A stretch of 62,902 nucleotides of DNA, filler included, from Klebsormidium nitens (GCA_000708835.1; 10 parts of 10 records of this genome joined end to end with filler, not necessarily neighbours in it), one strand, 5' to 3'. Counted from the first letter of the whole stretch, positions 12,377-26,728 are shown. The notes: generated by a model from the sequence alone, not told the origin. A program made the numbers and translations.

Positions 12377-13356
12377 AAGGATTACGACAGGGTTTGACTG
12401 GGTTTGAAGACAGCTGTATGTCAGGCGGCTTAAGGTACATGGCATGTGCACTCTGACAGTGATCGGTTGCACATGCAGCTTGGGAAAGCGCTCAGTACAT
12501 GACCAATGTGCGTGCAGCCTGGCATTCGTTTACAGGAACCCAGATTCTGGCACAGGGCTCATGTATACATCCCGCTGCATGGGCCGTTGATGTGATTCGC
12601 AATGATTTAATATGCGCGGCATATAAGGCGGCTGGATGCCTTGATGCGGCCGCGCTGGCGGATCATTCGACAGAGCACTATGGTGACGCAAGCTAGCTTA
12701 AGCGCGCAGCAATATTGCATCGGCCATGCATACATGAGTGGCCGGAACAGATCACGCTCCGGTTTGCTTAAGCCCATTGCATATGCATGTGATCTAGTTA
12801 ATGAATGGTGCCGTTCTTGTACGTTGGCACGCGTCACGCCGTGTGACGCGGCCGTACGTACTGCATTGTTATTGCAGTGCCAGCATAGCCAATTCGGGTG
12901 GCCGCGGTCGCTGGGTGCCAGTATGGCTGCCGCGCCAGTAAAAGAATGATGCGCCGCGCACGGCCCGGCGGGCGGCCACAGTTTCGCGTACTTTGATTAC
13001 ATAGCGAGTATGGACAAGGATTATTTCCGGATACTGACATGATCAAACAAAGAGATACTGAATGGACATCACTATTTTAATGGTATATGCGTTCAGATTG
13101 ATTACCGCCCAGCGCGCCGACCCGCATAATTGTAGCAAGGCATTGCCTAGGTCATCCGTACGCCACAAGTGAACCACAAAGGACCACATGTACACCTCTC
13201 TTCCAAGTTGAAGGCAAGGACGAACCAATGATTGGAACCTCTGACCGACTCCCTTCTTCCAAGTCTTTGCTTGTCCACACTCTAGCTGGCTAGCCAAGCA
13301 TGCCGCCAGCGAGTTAAAAAGGTCTACAGCAAACGCTCATAAAACTGTAGGGACGT

Positions 13357-16300
13357 TTATTTCTTAGAAAAGTGGTCTGGAGCCCGCGCCCTGAGGCACG
13401 CGGCTATCTTACTACCCAGATCCGACACGAACAGCTGCGCCTCCACAAGACCCACAACATCCAAAGCATCCCACTCTGGATCCATCAGCAGCTGTTGCAC
13501 CTTATCTGCCAGCGCTACCGGCTCCCTCTCGCTGACCCTATTTCCCAAAGCTGTTCCCGCAACGCTGCGGCTGACAATGCCGAGTTGCGCGTCTCGCTGG
13601 CGCTCCGGTGAGCCGTCGGCATTTGCAACGATTGCCACCTCTCGGCTGTCGGTCCCCGGAGCCCCCTGACTCCTGGAACACTCCCCCTGCACAGGGGCCC
13701 CGGCCGCATTCCCCGGGTCCAACGGAGCAGCTACTTCGCCAATTCCTCCCAGCCCTAGTTTCCTCGGCTCGCTCCCGAGCCCGTTCGTTACCTCCTTTCC
13801 CCCGATCGTAGCATTCTCAGTCGGCTCCTCTTCCCCGCGCGCGATCCCCGCCAACCGAAGGGCGGAACGGGCGCAAGGACGGACCGGTGCCTGTTCCGGT
13901 AGAATCGCCCCGGAGTCTCCTTCCGCCGGAACCTTCGTTCCTGCGCCGTCCAATCTACTCCCAGTCACAATGTTCCCACCACCAATGTCCAAATTCCGCT
14001 CTCTTCCGCCCCCCCCTGGAATTCCGTCCTGCTGCCTGGCTTTGCTGGCCGCTTCCCGACCAGTCTCGTCCTGCGTTACCATCGGTTTTCCGCCACTCGC
14101 GGCTGCTTCAGGAATGGGCTCGACTTTCGGCCCAAGGCACCGCTTCTTCCGCTCACCGTCTCCAGACTCCCCGTTCTCTACCCCTGTGGGCGGATCGCTT
14201 CCGCGTGCAAGATCCACCCCCCTAGACTCAACCTTCATTTCCATCCCTTCCAACGGCGTGCCTTCTCTCTGCCCTTCTCCCCTCTCCTCGCCAGTCGCTT
14301 CCTCAGGGGCGGAATCAAACCCATCCCGTACACTTCTCTTCCGCGACGCTCTCAGCGAAGAGCGCACTGACTCCTGAGTCTCCGCGACCCTCACTTCCGG
14401 TTCCGCCGGACCCTCATCTTTTACCGGAAGGGAACTCTTCTGCCCGTCAGGATCGTCCTGACCGTCGATCTTGTGCGAGCGGCCACCTAGGCCGTCGATC
14501 CGGGCGTCCGAATCGGACGGCTGCGGAGCGTCATCGGCGTCCGTGGGCGTCTGCGAGACGACCGGGCTTTCCTGGCTGTTGGCGCGCCGGCGCTCCTCGC
14601 GGTCGCGGAACGCACGCAGGGCGTTGCGCACGGTCTGGACTGCGGCTGTGGGGAATGCGATAGGAAAGAGTGAGCACGAATCATTGTTGATCTGTCTTTC
14701 GCGATCTTTGGTTGATTGCTAGCCAATACATGTCGGTCTAAGAAACAATGCTTGTTGAAGACATCTGCTCAGGTAGAACGGGTGAGCAGAAAGAAGGGAG
14801 ATTGGAACGGAAGCGGCAATGGAAAAAGAAACGGAAACGGCCCCGGAAAGTCTACGAGCTTGATTCGTGAGGAGTAGAGTTCGCCAGATGTTCTTTTTAG
14901 ATGATCCGAGAGTTTCTGGGCTAATTCTGGTTGTTAAAACCAAGATCGGGATCTGATCAAAGCTTCACCCTAAGCGCAATCCAAGTTAGGGTGCTCAGAC
15001 ACTTGAAGTCCCTAACAACGAAACAGTTGAGAAGCCTGAAGGAAAACGAACGAGACAGGGAGCGACCAGGTCAAAAGCGGAACGGGACACGCGGCCGGAA
15101 CGGCCTCTTTCCTGCAGAACCCTGGGCGAAATATCGGAATTGACGTGCCCAGTAAAGCGGCCTTGGAACATGGATGAACTACTGCATGCACGAACCCTCC
15201 AATCGCAGTGCATCTCCTCTTTTGCGTCATTCTTCGGTTGCAGGTCTATGTTCAAGAAAGTGGGCAGTCAATAACGCTAGGAGGGCTGCCACGTGGCGCA
15301 ACCTGAATGCAAGCTTTGCGTACCTCTGATTGGCATTCTCTTGCGGAGCTCCCCGCAGTCCATCCCTGCCAAGTCGCCCACCGTGCGCACCGCCCCCGCC
15401 AGCAGCACCTGCCTCGCCGACCGGGGCAGGTTACTCAGCACGTTCTTCACCGGTGCGTCGCTCGTCACCAGCTCCGGGAAAACCGGGCCGCTAACCGGGG
15501 GTTCCGTGGCCGGGTTAAGGGTCTGCTTAACTGCCGGGTTTATGGCGCGAATGGAGTCCTCGTTAGGGCCCGCTTCTTGGGCTTTGTTGGCGCTCGGGTT
15601 GGCGCTCGGGTTAGGGGCTGGTCCGGGAAGCGGGTCGGGGAGCGCTTCTGAAACCGGGTTGAGTGTTGCTTGGGGGGTCGGGCCAGCGCTCGGAAGGGCG
15701 CTCGGTAATCCGGTAGAGCTTACTCGGTAACCCGGGGTTTGGGCGTCAGGAGGGGAAGCGGTCGCTGTTGGCACCGGCGCTGGCTGTTCCCCCGGTGCTG
15801 AAATGGCCGGGTTAATGAGCGGGGTTTGCGGAGCCCCGGGCTGTGTCTTGGGCACCGTCTCAATTGCGGGTGTATCTATAATGACCCCCTTTTTAGAACT
15901 AGTCATGTTTGCCCCCGTTTCAAGCGCCTTCCCTGCAGCCGAATCCTGAATCACCCCGGCGCATGCCACCGGGCCCTCTTCGCCCGGTGGCAAGGCTGAG
16001 GGTTTCAGGGCTTTCTCAGCACCAGCGTCGCCGGCTCGCTCTAGTTGCCGCACCTCGTCCGGGGTTTCCTCCTGGGTCTCCGGCAGGGGCAGCGTTTCGG
16101 ACCGTTCCGCTTCGGACGCCGGAACGTTTCCGTCCTCCCTTTCAAGCGGTGCGTTTTCAGCCGGAAGCGCCCCGGTAGCAACCCCCTCCTTAACCGAGCC
16201 GTTCCCGAGCCCCCTGTCAGTAGTCCCTGCCACAGTCGGAGCGGCCCCTTTTCTCGTTTCAACTGGAGCAGAAAGAACCGCTGTGCTCTCGAAAGGCCGG

Positions 16301-19300
16301 ATCTGCGGGACCTCGCCTTCGCTTCCGCGAACTGATATTTGCGGAGCCTCAGCATTGGCGGCTTCGGCCACAGCAAGAGACCTGTCCTCGACATTCCGTT
16401 CCGCTCTGTTCTGATCGGTTCCTCCGTTTCCTGAGCCCCGGACCGGACCCTCGTTCGAGAGTCTGAAGAGCTTTTCCGGACTCGGGGGCCTCTGCTCAAC
16501 CGTCTGCACCCCAACCGCTACCGCACAGCCCCCGTCGTCCTGCTCGCCCGCTTTCTTCTCGACACGTGTCGGGTCGTCACTGGCCGGCACTCCTGGCTGC
16601 ACACCGCTCGCTTCGTCCACTTTGGGCGACCCTCCGCGCCTACCTGACGGCCCAGCGGTCGCTTTGACGTCAGCTTTCGGCGTCCCGGTGTGTTCCGCTC
16701 CGTCCGTTTCCACTTGAAAACCTACTGCCGGCTCACGATCGAGCTCCTTTTTCGTCTCCCCACTTTTGTCGCTCCCCAAATGCTCACCCCGTTGATCGGT
16801 GGAGCCCCCCCTAACGGGAACCCCACCCGCGCCAAAAAAAGGGACCTTCTCCTCCCTAGGCATGTCCTCACTGCTGCTCGCCTCTTTTGCTTCCTCCCCA
16901 TCTATCTCCATCTCGTCGTCCCCCCCCTTCTCCCCACCAATGACTACCCCCCGGAGCGCAGTCGGGCCGTCACCATTCTCATTTCCAGCCCCTCTCCCCC
17001 CGGCATCTTCTGGATCCATATCCACCCCCCCCCTGATCAACGCCGCCCCAGACACCCCTGCCCCAGTCGGAAGGCTCTCGAACCCCGTCCGCGCTTCCTC
17101 ACCCCCGAAGACCGACGACGCCTTTTCCGCCACCCCTAGTTGCACGGGCGGCTCCTCCTCGTCCTGCGTTTCGGACGCCCAGGGCGCCTGGCTGGCGTCC
17201 AGATTGGTGTACGTACTGACGCCCCGCCGCTGCTGCTGCTGCTCCGCGCGGGCCTCCCTCTGGCGCTCCGTCAAGGGGCCCTTGTGACGCTTCTGCGGAG
17301 ACAACGAGCACAGTGAGAGCTTCTCTTACTCAGACGCTGAAAGGGGCGCACTGAGAGCTTTCCGGCTGTTGCTTTCTTCCTAAACTCTTTCTTTGAGCCC
17401 GGCCATTGATTTTGGCGGTAGGAAAGTCCCGTAAGAATGGTTTGTCCCCTTGAATAGGACGGGAAAATGAGCGTCTCTTTTCTGTTCATAAGAAGTTTCT
17501 CTCCGCTCTTACGTTCAACATGAACACCAGCAAAAAAGCAAACCGTGATTGCAACACCTTCAAAGGAAGCGCAAAACACATTCAGCAAACCTTCAAGGGA
17601 GACTTCCGTGTTTGCTTTCACGGCACATTCAGCAGAACCTTCAAATACTATACTTGCTTCCAGCGTTAAGGACACGGAATCAATTGGCCGCCGAGAATGC
17701 ACTCACTGGAGAAAACGGAATCGCCACAAAGTCTCCATCCTGTGTGTCCTCCAAAAACCCCAGCTTCCGGCGCTTCTTCCCAGCCGCTTCCGCACTGCCC
17801 GGTCGCCCCGCTACCGCCAGTCTTGTGCGTTCCCTTTCCGGCGTCCGTTCCGCTCCTTCGGACTTCCGCCGCTTGTCCCCTGCTCCGCCAACCTCAAGCT
17901 TTGTAGCGGATTCCGACCCGCCCTCCGTGGGCCGTGTCACAGTTCCGGAGCTCCGGTTTCCGGCTTCCGGCGCCGGATCTCGCGCTTCTCCCGTTCTCTT
18001 TCCGGATTCACTCGACTGGTCTTCCCTTTTGGGCGTCCGCTTGTCGTTTGCGGACTTTCCGCCGGCATCCGCAGTGTCGCACTCCCGCTCAACTGGCGGA
18101 ACTATAGCAACGTTCAAATCGCGCCTCGGTTCTCGAGAAGGGCTCAGGACCTTTCCTGCCTCGCTCTCTCCCTGCGGGATCGGGATACCGCTTCCGATCG
18201 CCGCAGGGGCGACCACCTCGCCTTCCGGGGCCGCAATGAGGTCGCCTGATTGGCGTGCAACCTGCTCCGAAGCTGCCGTGGCCACAGAACCGTCACCGGC
18301 CGTCGAAGTGACGCCAGCAGCCCCCGCATTCGTGTTGTACGTCCGAAGCTCGTTCGGATCCTTGGCAGGCTCTAGGGCCGCGCCTTGCCCCAAGCCAGGT
18401 ACACCCTCCGAACACTTGGCCCCTCCGGTTCCCAAACCCTCCGCTCTAGTTTCCGCGGCCTTCGACCCGTCTCCGGCGGCTGCCGCACGGCAGCCCTTGA
18501 GCTCCGCGCCTAAAGGGCGTACGGTGCTCGGCAGCAACCCCCCCTGGTAACCGACGCCACTGCTCCTAACCGCTCCTCCGTTTCTGTTCAACCCCATCGC
18601 TGATCTGTCTCCTTGGTAAGGATGTGACCACTTTCCGCTGCCCTGTTCTGATTGCTCAAGGGCGGATCTCCCTTCCTGGGGCCTTTTCACATCGTCCTGC
18701 AGGGCCGCCAGGTCGGGGGCGTTCCAGCCCGGCAAAGTGATATCCACCTTGCTCCGGAGGCGGGTGAGAATGGGCACCAGTTCCGCAGGGTAAATAAGCT
18801 CCCCCGCGACGCCCTGGGTTTGGCTCCGACCCTGGCTAACCTTAGCGTGACTACCCCTGATCGATTCCTCAGTTCGCGGCGTTCCACTGCCGCCCGGCTT
18901 TGCAAACGTGCTCTCCCAGAAGGAAAGCGCGCGGTTAGCGATGGGCTGGTGTGAATGGGCCATGGAGTGCTCGAGAAGGGGGCTCAGGGTTAGGAGGGTT
19001 TGGGAGTCAAACTCCAGCCGCGGGTGGCACTTCTCGAGCGCGGTTAGCAGGTGGTTCCAGAGGGCGGTTAAGGACATTAGAACCGGGTGAACGTCTTGCG
19101 TTGGTTGGGAGTCCGGGGCCTGCGACCCAGACACGGGCGGGGGTTTCCACGAGTGGGTCAGCGCTAACCAGTCCGCGACGGGCGACAGCTGCGGCTGCAG
19201 CACCAAAAGGACGTCGGCCTGGGCCGACAGCTTCCCGAGAAGTGACGTCAGCACCGACATCAGCCCGCTGACGTCACTCTCATGCACCGCCCAATGTGCG

Positions 19301-22300
19301 GCTGCCACCTGGAGGGCGTGTCCGAGGATTGCGGCGAGGTCTTGGACTCCGTTTTGGTCGTCTAGGGTTTTTCCGAGGAAGAAAAGGGCGTCTTTTGGGG
19401 GGGTGCCGTTGAGAGGAGCGCTGCTGACGCGGCGGCGTTTTTTTGACATGGCGAGGGAGGAGGGGGACGCGATTTCCAGGTGGGAAACTAGGGTGGAGAG
19501 GCAGGCTGACAGCGCCTGACTGAAGAGCGCTGCGGACAAAGTGCAAAAAGTATGGTGAGTACGGGCGGTCTGCAAGACCCTGGACTAAGAACCATTTGCT
19601 AGGTCGAAGCTTCGGGGGAAAGATAATACAAGGCACCTTAGCCTCGCACCCGAGATGTTCCGAAGGCCCGTCTGCGTTGCATTAGGTGCAAACTTTGCGG
19701 ACTTCGACGGTATACTTGGCTTCTCATCTTTGCCGGAACTATCAAACACTTCGTCAAAAACATCATCTTGGATGAGGGTTGAAGGAGCCCGAGACAAGAA
19801 GGATGAAAGCAGGTACAGAAGACGCGCAGCCCGCAGCACCTACAGAGACTACTATCCGGGAAGTCTTGCATGCCTCCTCTTAAAATTGTAGAGACTGCGT
19901 GCCAAACAGTTCTACGAGCACGCCCGGGGGGGGTCGGCCACGGTGAGCTTCACAATGTCGCTTGGCCAAATCTTGCTGCATGCGTCATTTGACGAGCGAC
20001 AAGGGCACACAAGCTTATGATTCTCAAATCCAGCATCCTTGAAAACGACTGTGATACAGGGCAGGAACAGTTTTCAAAATTTCAATGCAAAAGCACACTC
20101 AACACCACCCTACCCTTTTCTGGGCGATCTGGAGAACAACATGGCCTTTAGCGAAGATGAAATTGGTTGGAAACCAACCAAAACAAAAAGAAGAAAAGAA
20201 AGAGAACTCAGGAACAACTTTCAAGAAATAAAGGGCTTGCCTGGGAGCGAAGCTTCGGTTCGGAGGTCGGACCGGACGACGCGCAGCAGTCGGCTGCAGA
20301 AACCGTGGAACAGCAGGTTGGACTGCAGCGAAAGAACAATGGTGAGGAAACAGATTTCAAGTATAGGGGTTACGAAGCGAAAGACCCGCGTCGGAGTAGC
20401 CCTTCGCTTGGAAACACGTTTCAAGGGCGAAAGAAGAATGGTAGGGAAACAGGTTCTGATCAAGGGATTACCAAGCGAAGGCCCCTATGGGGACTGAAGT
20501 AGCTCTTCACTTAAGAAAGATTTGGAAGGGCAAAAGATTAATGGTGGACCGAGACGAAAAAGCTTAAGGGGCGCGCTGAAAACAGAGGAACCTATCGGTC
20601 GGCCCTTCGCATGCAGAAAGAAGCGGACTGAGTTCCTGGCAAGAAGGGCAGCTGCGAACTCCGAGGGTTAGAACAGGATTAAAAAGAGCAAATGAAGAGC
20701 AGGCCACATGGGATCAAAGCTGAGATACAGATGGGAAGACACAGCCGTTTGGTTTGGAGAGGCTGCAATCTTTGGACTTGCGAGTGACGACTGTCCTTGA
20801 GATTCAACTGCAAGCAAAACCTGGGCTTCCGGGTTCGTGACTGGTCCCAAACGAACACGGGCTGCGTGTGGCCTCTGCCAATGTGTGTAGCGATTGAAGT
20901 GCTGGCAAAACGTCGCCTACGCACCGAGCGGAATCGAGCACGCTCAAGCCAACTTCGCGCGGAGCGGGAGAGTTTGGAGGACGCGAGCGATTTAAAAACA
21001 ACGGAGTCTCTAACAGCTAAATACGCACCTGCAGATTCTTCAGCTGGGTAACCCGGTAAGCCGCCTCCCACAGTAGCGCCCATTCACGCAGCGCCGCATC
21101 CAAACCCTCCGTCGTGAGGAACCCCCCTCCTAACCCGCGCGTTAACCCTCCAACTCCCAAAACCCTCAGCGGCAGTAGCAGCACGCCAAAGACGGCCTGG
21201 CCGGCCGCGCCCTTCTGTGCGATCGGGACGTCGTTCGAACGGACCACGAAGCGCGTCACCTGCTTCGCGACTTCCTGCCACGTCAGCATCAGCATGACGT
21301 CAGCGGTCCTGGGCGGGGGCGCGGAAGCCGGACTTTGGGACCCCGGAAGGCCCGCCAGAATCTCCAAGACGCGGACGAGCCGCAGCGCGCCGCCCAGGAT
21401 GTCCAAGCGTCCGCAGCTGAGCTCGACCAGCTCGCTAACCGGCCCCTTAACCCGCTCCACAAACGTCTGAACACGCTCGTAAGCAGGCTTAAGCTCTTCG
21501 TGACCCGGCTGAACTGGTTCCTGAATCGCTTCCTGGGGCGGACTTCCGTTTGCAAGTGTTACGGCCAGAAGGAACGCCGCCGGTGTGAATAGCTCCGCCG
21601 CCCCGACCTTGCTCGCCCCGGGGGTAGAAACGTCCGGACTCTGTGCCTTCTGGCCCCCCCCTGAAACGAATCCGTCGGGCAATGGGAGGCCGTACGACAC
21701 TGACGCGAGCACAATCGACGTCAGCTCGTTCATTAGAACCCTCACGAGCTGCCACGTTGCAGGAACGGGTTGGCCACCAGCCCTCCCGACGCGCGACATT
21801 GTCTCCGCTGCGAAAGTGATGAGACCGCGAACCGCCGCAACGTGCTCCTCAGACGGCCGCATTTGTTTGCGGCCCGCCCGCGCGACGCCCTTCACAAGCG
21901 CGACCCACCCGCTCAACAGGGCCTCTCCTGCTGACACGTGTCCCTCGTCCGTGGCTGACACGTGTCCCTTGTTCGTGACCGGCCCTGGGGCGCCGACGCG
22001 CTTTCCGGCCAGGCCCTTAGGCCCTGATGCATCGACCGCCGCACCCGAGATGGCTGGCGGCAGCAGTGGCGAGGCCGGGGAGCGAACGCCGGAACTTTCT
22101 AGCCTTCCTTCCTGGGCCTTCGCAGCCTGGGGAACCTCTAGAGCGGTGATCGACCCGTCGAGGACGGCTTGCTCCCGCACCAGCCCCAGAATGTCTAGGA
22201 GGGCGCCAACCTGCTTCAAGTCCCACGGAACCTCTAGAGCTTCCTCGCCGCCGCGAGCGTCTCCCGTCTGCTCAGCAGCTCTTCCTGGACTGTTCGTACT

Positions 22301-25300
22301 TAATGGCTTTGTTTCCGAGTGAGGAACCCCCAGAAACGCGAGAAACTGTCCGAGAACATTGCGGTACAGAGCTGGATCTTTCTCCTGCGCCGCTTTGGGG
22401 GTGCCGGGTTGGGCAAGGATTACACTGTACACTGGTTGAGCGATGAGCTGGAAGACGGAGGACGATTTGAGCCAATGTGCGAGACGTCTGAGGAGGTACT
22501 CCCAGGTGCGGATGCACACAAGCCGGACCTGCGAAAGGGTGTCCGTCATGTGAGTATTGGAACAAGCCTTCGACCAGAGAAAAACGCCGAATGTTTACAT
22601 ACTCAAAGAAACTCTCTTGATTGTGATTTATTGTCCACTATCACGGAAAGCCTAGGGAAGTGAGCAATATCCTACACCAACGATCAGAGGCCAGATGGGT
22701 GTCATAGCCTGCAGAGTCGTTTGATAAGAAAATGAATGGGCAGCCTTGAACCCATAGCGGGATTGACCATCTGACCAGAAGTCTTGCCACGTAACCCAAA
22801 ACCCCAAGAACCCGAGCTCCCTGAAAGACTGATTCGCAAAGCTGGGGCTGATGGACGAATGCGACTGGGCCGAGAACAGGCGGAGCGCACAATTCTCAGA
22901 TAGCCGAAACGTTGCCACAGCCGTCCGATCTTCACCTCATGAACCCGTCTGAAAGTGCATTCGGGCGTCAGCTATCGGCGACCACACCAGAGTCTTACCC
23001 TTAAGCCCCCCTTCCAAGGCTGGAAACAGCTAATCGGTTGAGTTGACAATCTGTTAAGGTTGACAAGATGGACGATGGCGACAGCCTCGTCAAAGGTCCG
23101 TCGGCCAATTCGAAATTGTGCGTTCCGCCTGAGAAGCGGTACCTACCTGTGCCTCGGACTCCTGCCCCAGGTTGGCCAGCAGCGGGGTCATCAGCAGCTT
23201 CAGGCGCCGCACAGAGGGTGCCACGTGGCCTCCTGAGAGAAGACCAAGGGAAAGGTAGTAAAACGATTCCAAGCATGCATCTAATCAGGAGGCAAAGTCG
23301 TACAAGCATGAGGCGCCTAGGTATGGGAAGGGCGGTTTGTTTTAGTCTCGTCGGAATTGCTGGATCGCTGAGATGGACACATCAAGGTTTGACCCCTGCT
23401 GGAGTTCTTCCTGTGGAAACCACCAGATTGCAAATGCTTTATATAACGGGAGGCTTTATAAACTTCAATTACAGCTTTTTGCATCAAACTTGCCATCGCA
23501 CTGTCATTTGAAACTCGTCGATATCCGGATTTGAACTCCAAGTCCAGTTCCTGATGGAAGCCTGTGGCAAATTTGACGTCAGCTTGACGAATGTTACGAA
23601 AACCGTTGACACTACCCGTTTGCGCTGTTCGCCTTGATGATGTCATCCTACTGCAGGCTTCCAAGATCAGGAACCGGACTAGCTCGTAGGTTCAGGATCG
23701 TGAACCAACAAGTGTCATTCGACGCTGCAACGGCAAGTTTGACGCAGAGAATTGTACAGCGCTCACCTTCTCTCGCTTTCGGTGTGACTGGGCTCTTGAC
23801 CCCGGCGCCGGCCTTGCTAGGGGGGCTGTTCTGGGCGTCCCTGCTGGTGCTGACGTAAGGCTGCGTCAGCACGTCGATGAGCGCGCGCCACGCGGTAAAC
23901 GAGGCCTCACGCACTGCGGGGAGGGCGCTGCCGAAGGTGCACTCCAGGACTGGGAGCAACTTGTTGATGAGCATGTCCTGCGGATTGGGAGACAAGCTGA
24001 TTTTCTGAGTTGGTTCTAGATGAACAAAGACTTATCCTGCAAACCACTAGCAGCAGTAGCTAGTCGTGTGAAAGCTTAATTCCCGCCAAGTTAGTGACTT
24101 TCTGAAGATCTTGAAGCAGAGGAAACGGGTTGCACTTTTCCTGATGACGGGGAGGTAACAATCGGGACGGTTTGGAAAATGGCGCTTTCCAAGAGCACAG
24201 ACCGGAAGGTCGTGTTGAAAAGATCTCGCTTCGGGAGCGTTGACCTGTAGAATAAAAACTTCGGAAAAAATGGAACACTTTCGAGTATTGACCACAATTC
24301 GCCGCTCCATAAAGAGCAGAGGTTAAGATAAAAATGGTTCAACATACAAGTTATGCATGGCAAGCAAGTGAAGATGGGTCTGGATCTACCTTTAACGATC
24401 GTACTTCGAGGTGAACAATTTACGTTGATAGACAGCATACGATAAAACATTGTGAGTACTAAATCAAGCCCCAATCGAGTGCAGATTGTAAATCTTCAGA
24501 ATCTTCAGAGACACCACCTGCGAAACCACCCAAGCAGGGATGTATCTGAGCGGTTTCGATGGGATGTCGCATGAACGCAATTACTGAATACTGATACTAT
24601 GGTCAATCTGGATGGAAGGGTAGGAAAGGTACTTCAGTTGGACTCAAGATCGCCCCAGTTGAATGGGACTCATATCGCTATGAATGAAAGCGAGATGAGA
24701 CAGCGAGTTTGTGACCTGCCTTCGATGTGGGAAATGCGACCCACTTGGGTCCCTCTGATGCACAACAGATCGTAATGTCTTCTAAGATCCTTTTCACAGA
24801 ACCCTACCCCACTTTTGGTCTGGAAAGCTGGACCTTTGAGGGCGCTTTAGTACCACATCTGAGGTTAAGTTCAAGACCACCTTGATCTGGACAAACCGGG
24901 CTTTATTGAATGACTCGATCTTGAAAAGCAGTGTTACTCCAGCTCCTGATTCACAGTGATGAAAGGACTGAACGCAAGGACTGAACTGCGAAATGTTCTT
25001 GGGCGGCGCATATGAAAGGCTGACAAGCTCGAAGTCTTCTTACCTTGGTGATCAAGAGCTCCCCGCTGAGGCGCACTTGCCAAGACCACGCCGTCAAGGC
25101 TGCCTGCTCCGTCCCCGCGGCTCTCGCCAGCGCCAAGATTCTGGCGAGATACTGGGGATTGACGTTCGCTGTGATCGCCTGTCCAGAAGAACACAAAGCT
25201 TTGTTTGTTTTAGCTTGTGAATTTGCTCCCCAACTGTGGAATCCATATAACTGACCGTTTCAAGTTGGCCGTTGCCCAATGGCATCTGACAGAGTCAAGT

Positions 25301-26728
25301 TTGTGCTACAAAGAAACATTCCACGACCTCAGACAAATTTTTGAAGCGAGGGGCTTTCAAATGTGAGGTGGACATGTTGGATGCAAGAGAGCCCATGGGA
25401 ACCTGCAACTTTGGGACTTACTTCGGACAAGCTCTGTTCTGATTGCAACAGGATCGCCTGCGCCTCCCGCAAAACTTCATCTCCCGTTTCTCTGACCCGC
25501 TTGACCTCGCTCAAAAGCGTCCCAGCAAGTTTAGGGCCCCAGACACTGGCATACGCCTCCATTTCGGCGGGCACCTGTCGCACCAGTTTCGCAGTCAAAA
25601 GCTGGGCCTTGTAAACGCAGGTCACGGAGCCCCAGGGGTTGTCGATGGCGCGTACCAGAGCCATGACAAGGCCTGACATGTGCGGGGCAACTAGGCATGG
25701 GGGTAAGGAGTTGCCTTGCAGGCACCAGAGGCCAAGGGAGCAGATGACCTGGTAAGTGGAAGGAGACAAAATCTGTCAAACAACTAGCTATGCCTGCACA
25801 TCTTGTCAACCTGGCAGCTTCATGTTTGACTTTTGATTCGGGACCTGGTTGATGAAGCTCACATGGTGCAATCAGCAAGTGGCTGGAGCCCGACAGGCCG
25901 CCACGTTGTGGCAGAACACGCAGTGCTGTGCGTTTACTTTGTAACAGTTCAATTTGTGCTTGAAAAGAAGACAGATCTCTGTGCTTGCAGGAAACTTCCA
26001 CCGATTGCAATCCACTCTCCTGTTCATTCCTGTTCAATCACTTCTATGTGGGACAGGGGAAGCCACATGCTGACCCCAACAAGCAGATAAAGCTCGTTTT
26101 CCTGATTCTTGAAGTCCTTGCGTTAGAAGTTCTTTCCGCAAAGAGACGTCACCACATCATTGTGCAGAAGCTGTCAAGCTTATGGAATCAGGACACTATT
26201 TTGCAATCGGGCCCTTCTGCACAACCACCGAGCAACAAGTTCTGTCAGTCAAGCAACAAACTGACACTCTGAGATTGTTGTTCCACCAGATCCTCCAACT
26301 CCTACGTCTGTTTGAGAAAGAACCCGGGCTTTAAAGCAAAGTAGATGTCTACAACCACACAGGATCAAAAGCAAGTGGGGCTGCTCCATGCTTAAATAGC
26401 TTACCTTGCTGCCTGTTTTGGTTACAAGAGCCACCAAAGCTTCTACCACCCCCTTCACCTTTGCCTCTCCCACCATCGACACAAAGTTGCTCTGGTGTAG
26501 GTTGAAGCCCAGGCACTTGACGGCAGAAGATGCGAGCGCTTCATCTGCATGAGCGATGTCAGCAACCAGGCTGGGCAAGATCTGTCGCAGATGGTCCTTG
26601 GTCATGGGTTCGCTGGCCATGGTGACATCAGCAGCTTGCTGGTGGCTCAACAGGGCTTCGTACACTTGGGCCCTTGCGTCAGTGTCAGCAGCTAGTGGCA
26701 GGCGCAAAGAATCTATAAAGGAGTTCAT
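13357..26728 (-). CDS. RIF1: Telomere-associated / replication-timing protein RIF1, 10 exons, ~2618 aa
   Basis: Spliced exons (minus): 26728-26405, 25748-25422, 25178-25044, 23977-23767, 23232-23147, 22528-21029, 19839-19637, 19519-17707, 17292-15324, 14645-13357 (7857 nt, in frame). HEAT-like Rif1_N motifs (AWRALID, RRLKLLMTPL), FDSQTLLTLSPLL...FWESTF...YPAELVPIL, DFVAIP...LTERQRE...YTNLDASQ, and C-terminal VFPELV..APV..VL / RTVGDLAGM...PIR / VRNALR, all resembling what I recall of metazoan RIF1. An extra small exon in 19840-21028 cannot be excluded. Confidence 0.88.

Noticed and set aside
20668-20810. Possible extra RIF1 exon (LNLKDSRHSQ...)
   Set aside because: Has an acceptor-like site but no convincing donor before stops, and flanking exons already join in frame.
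13372-22322. Many long plus-strand ORFs (e.g. 17549-18550, 21585-22322)
   Set aside because: Antisense shadows of GC-rich RIF1 exons.
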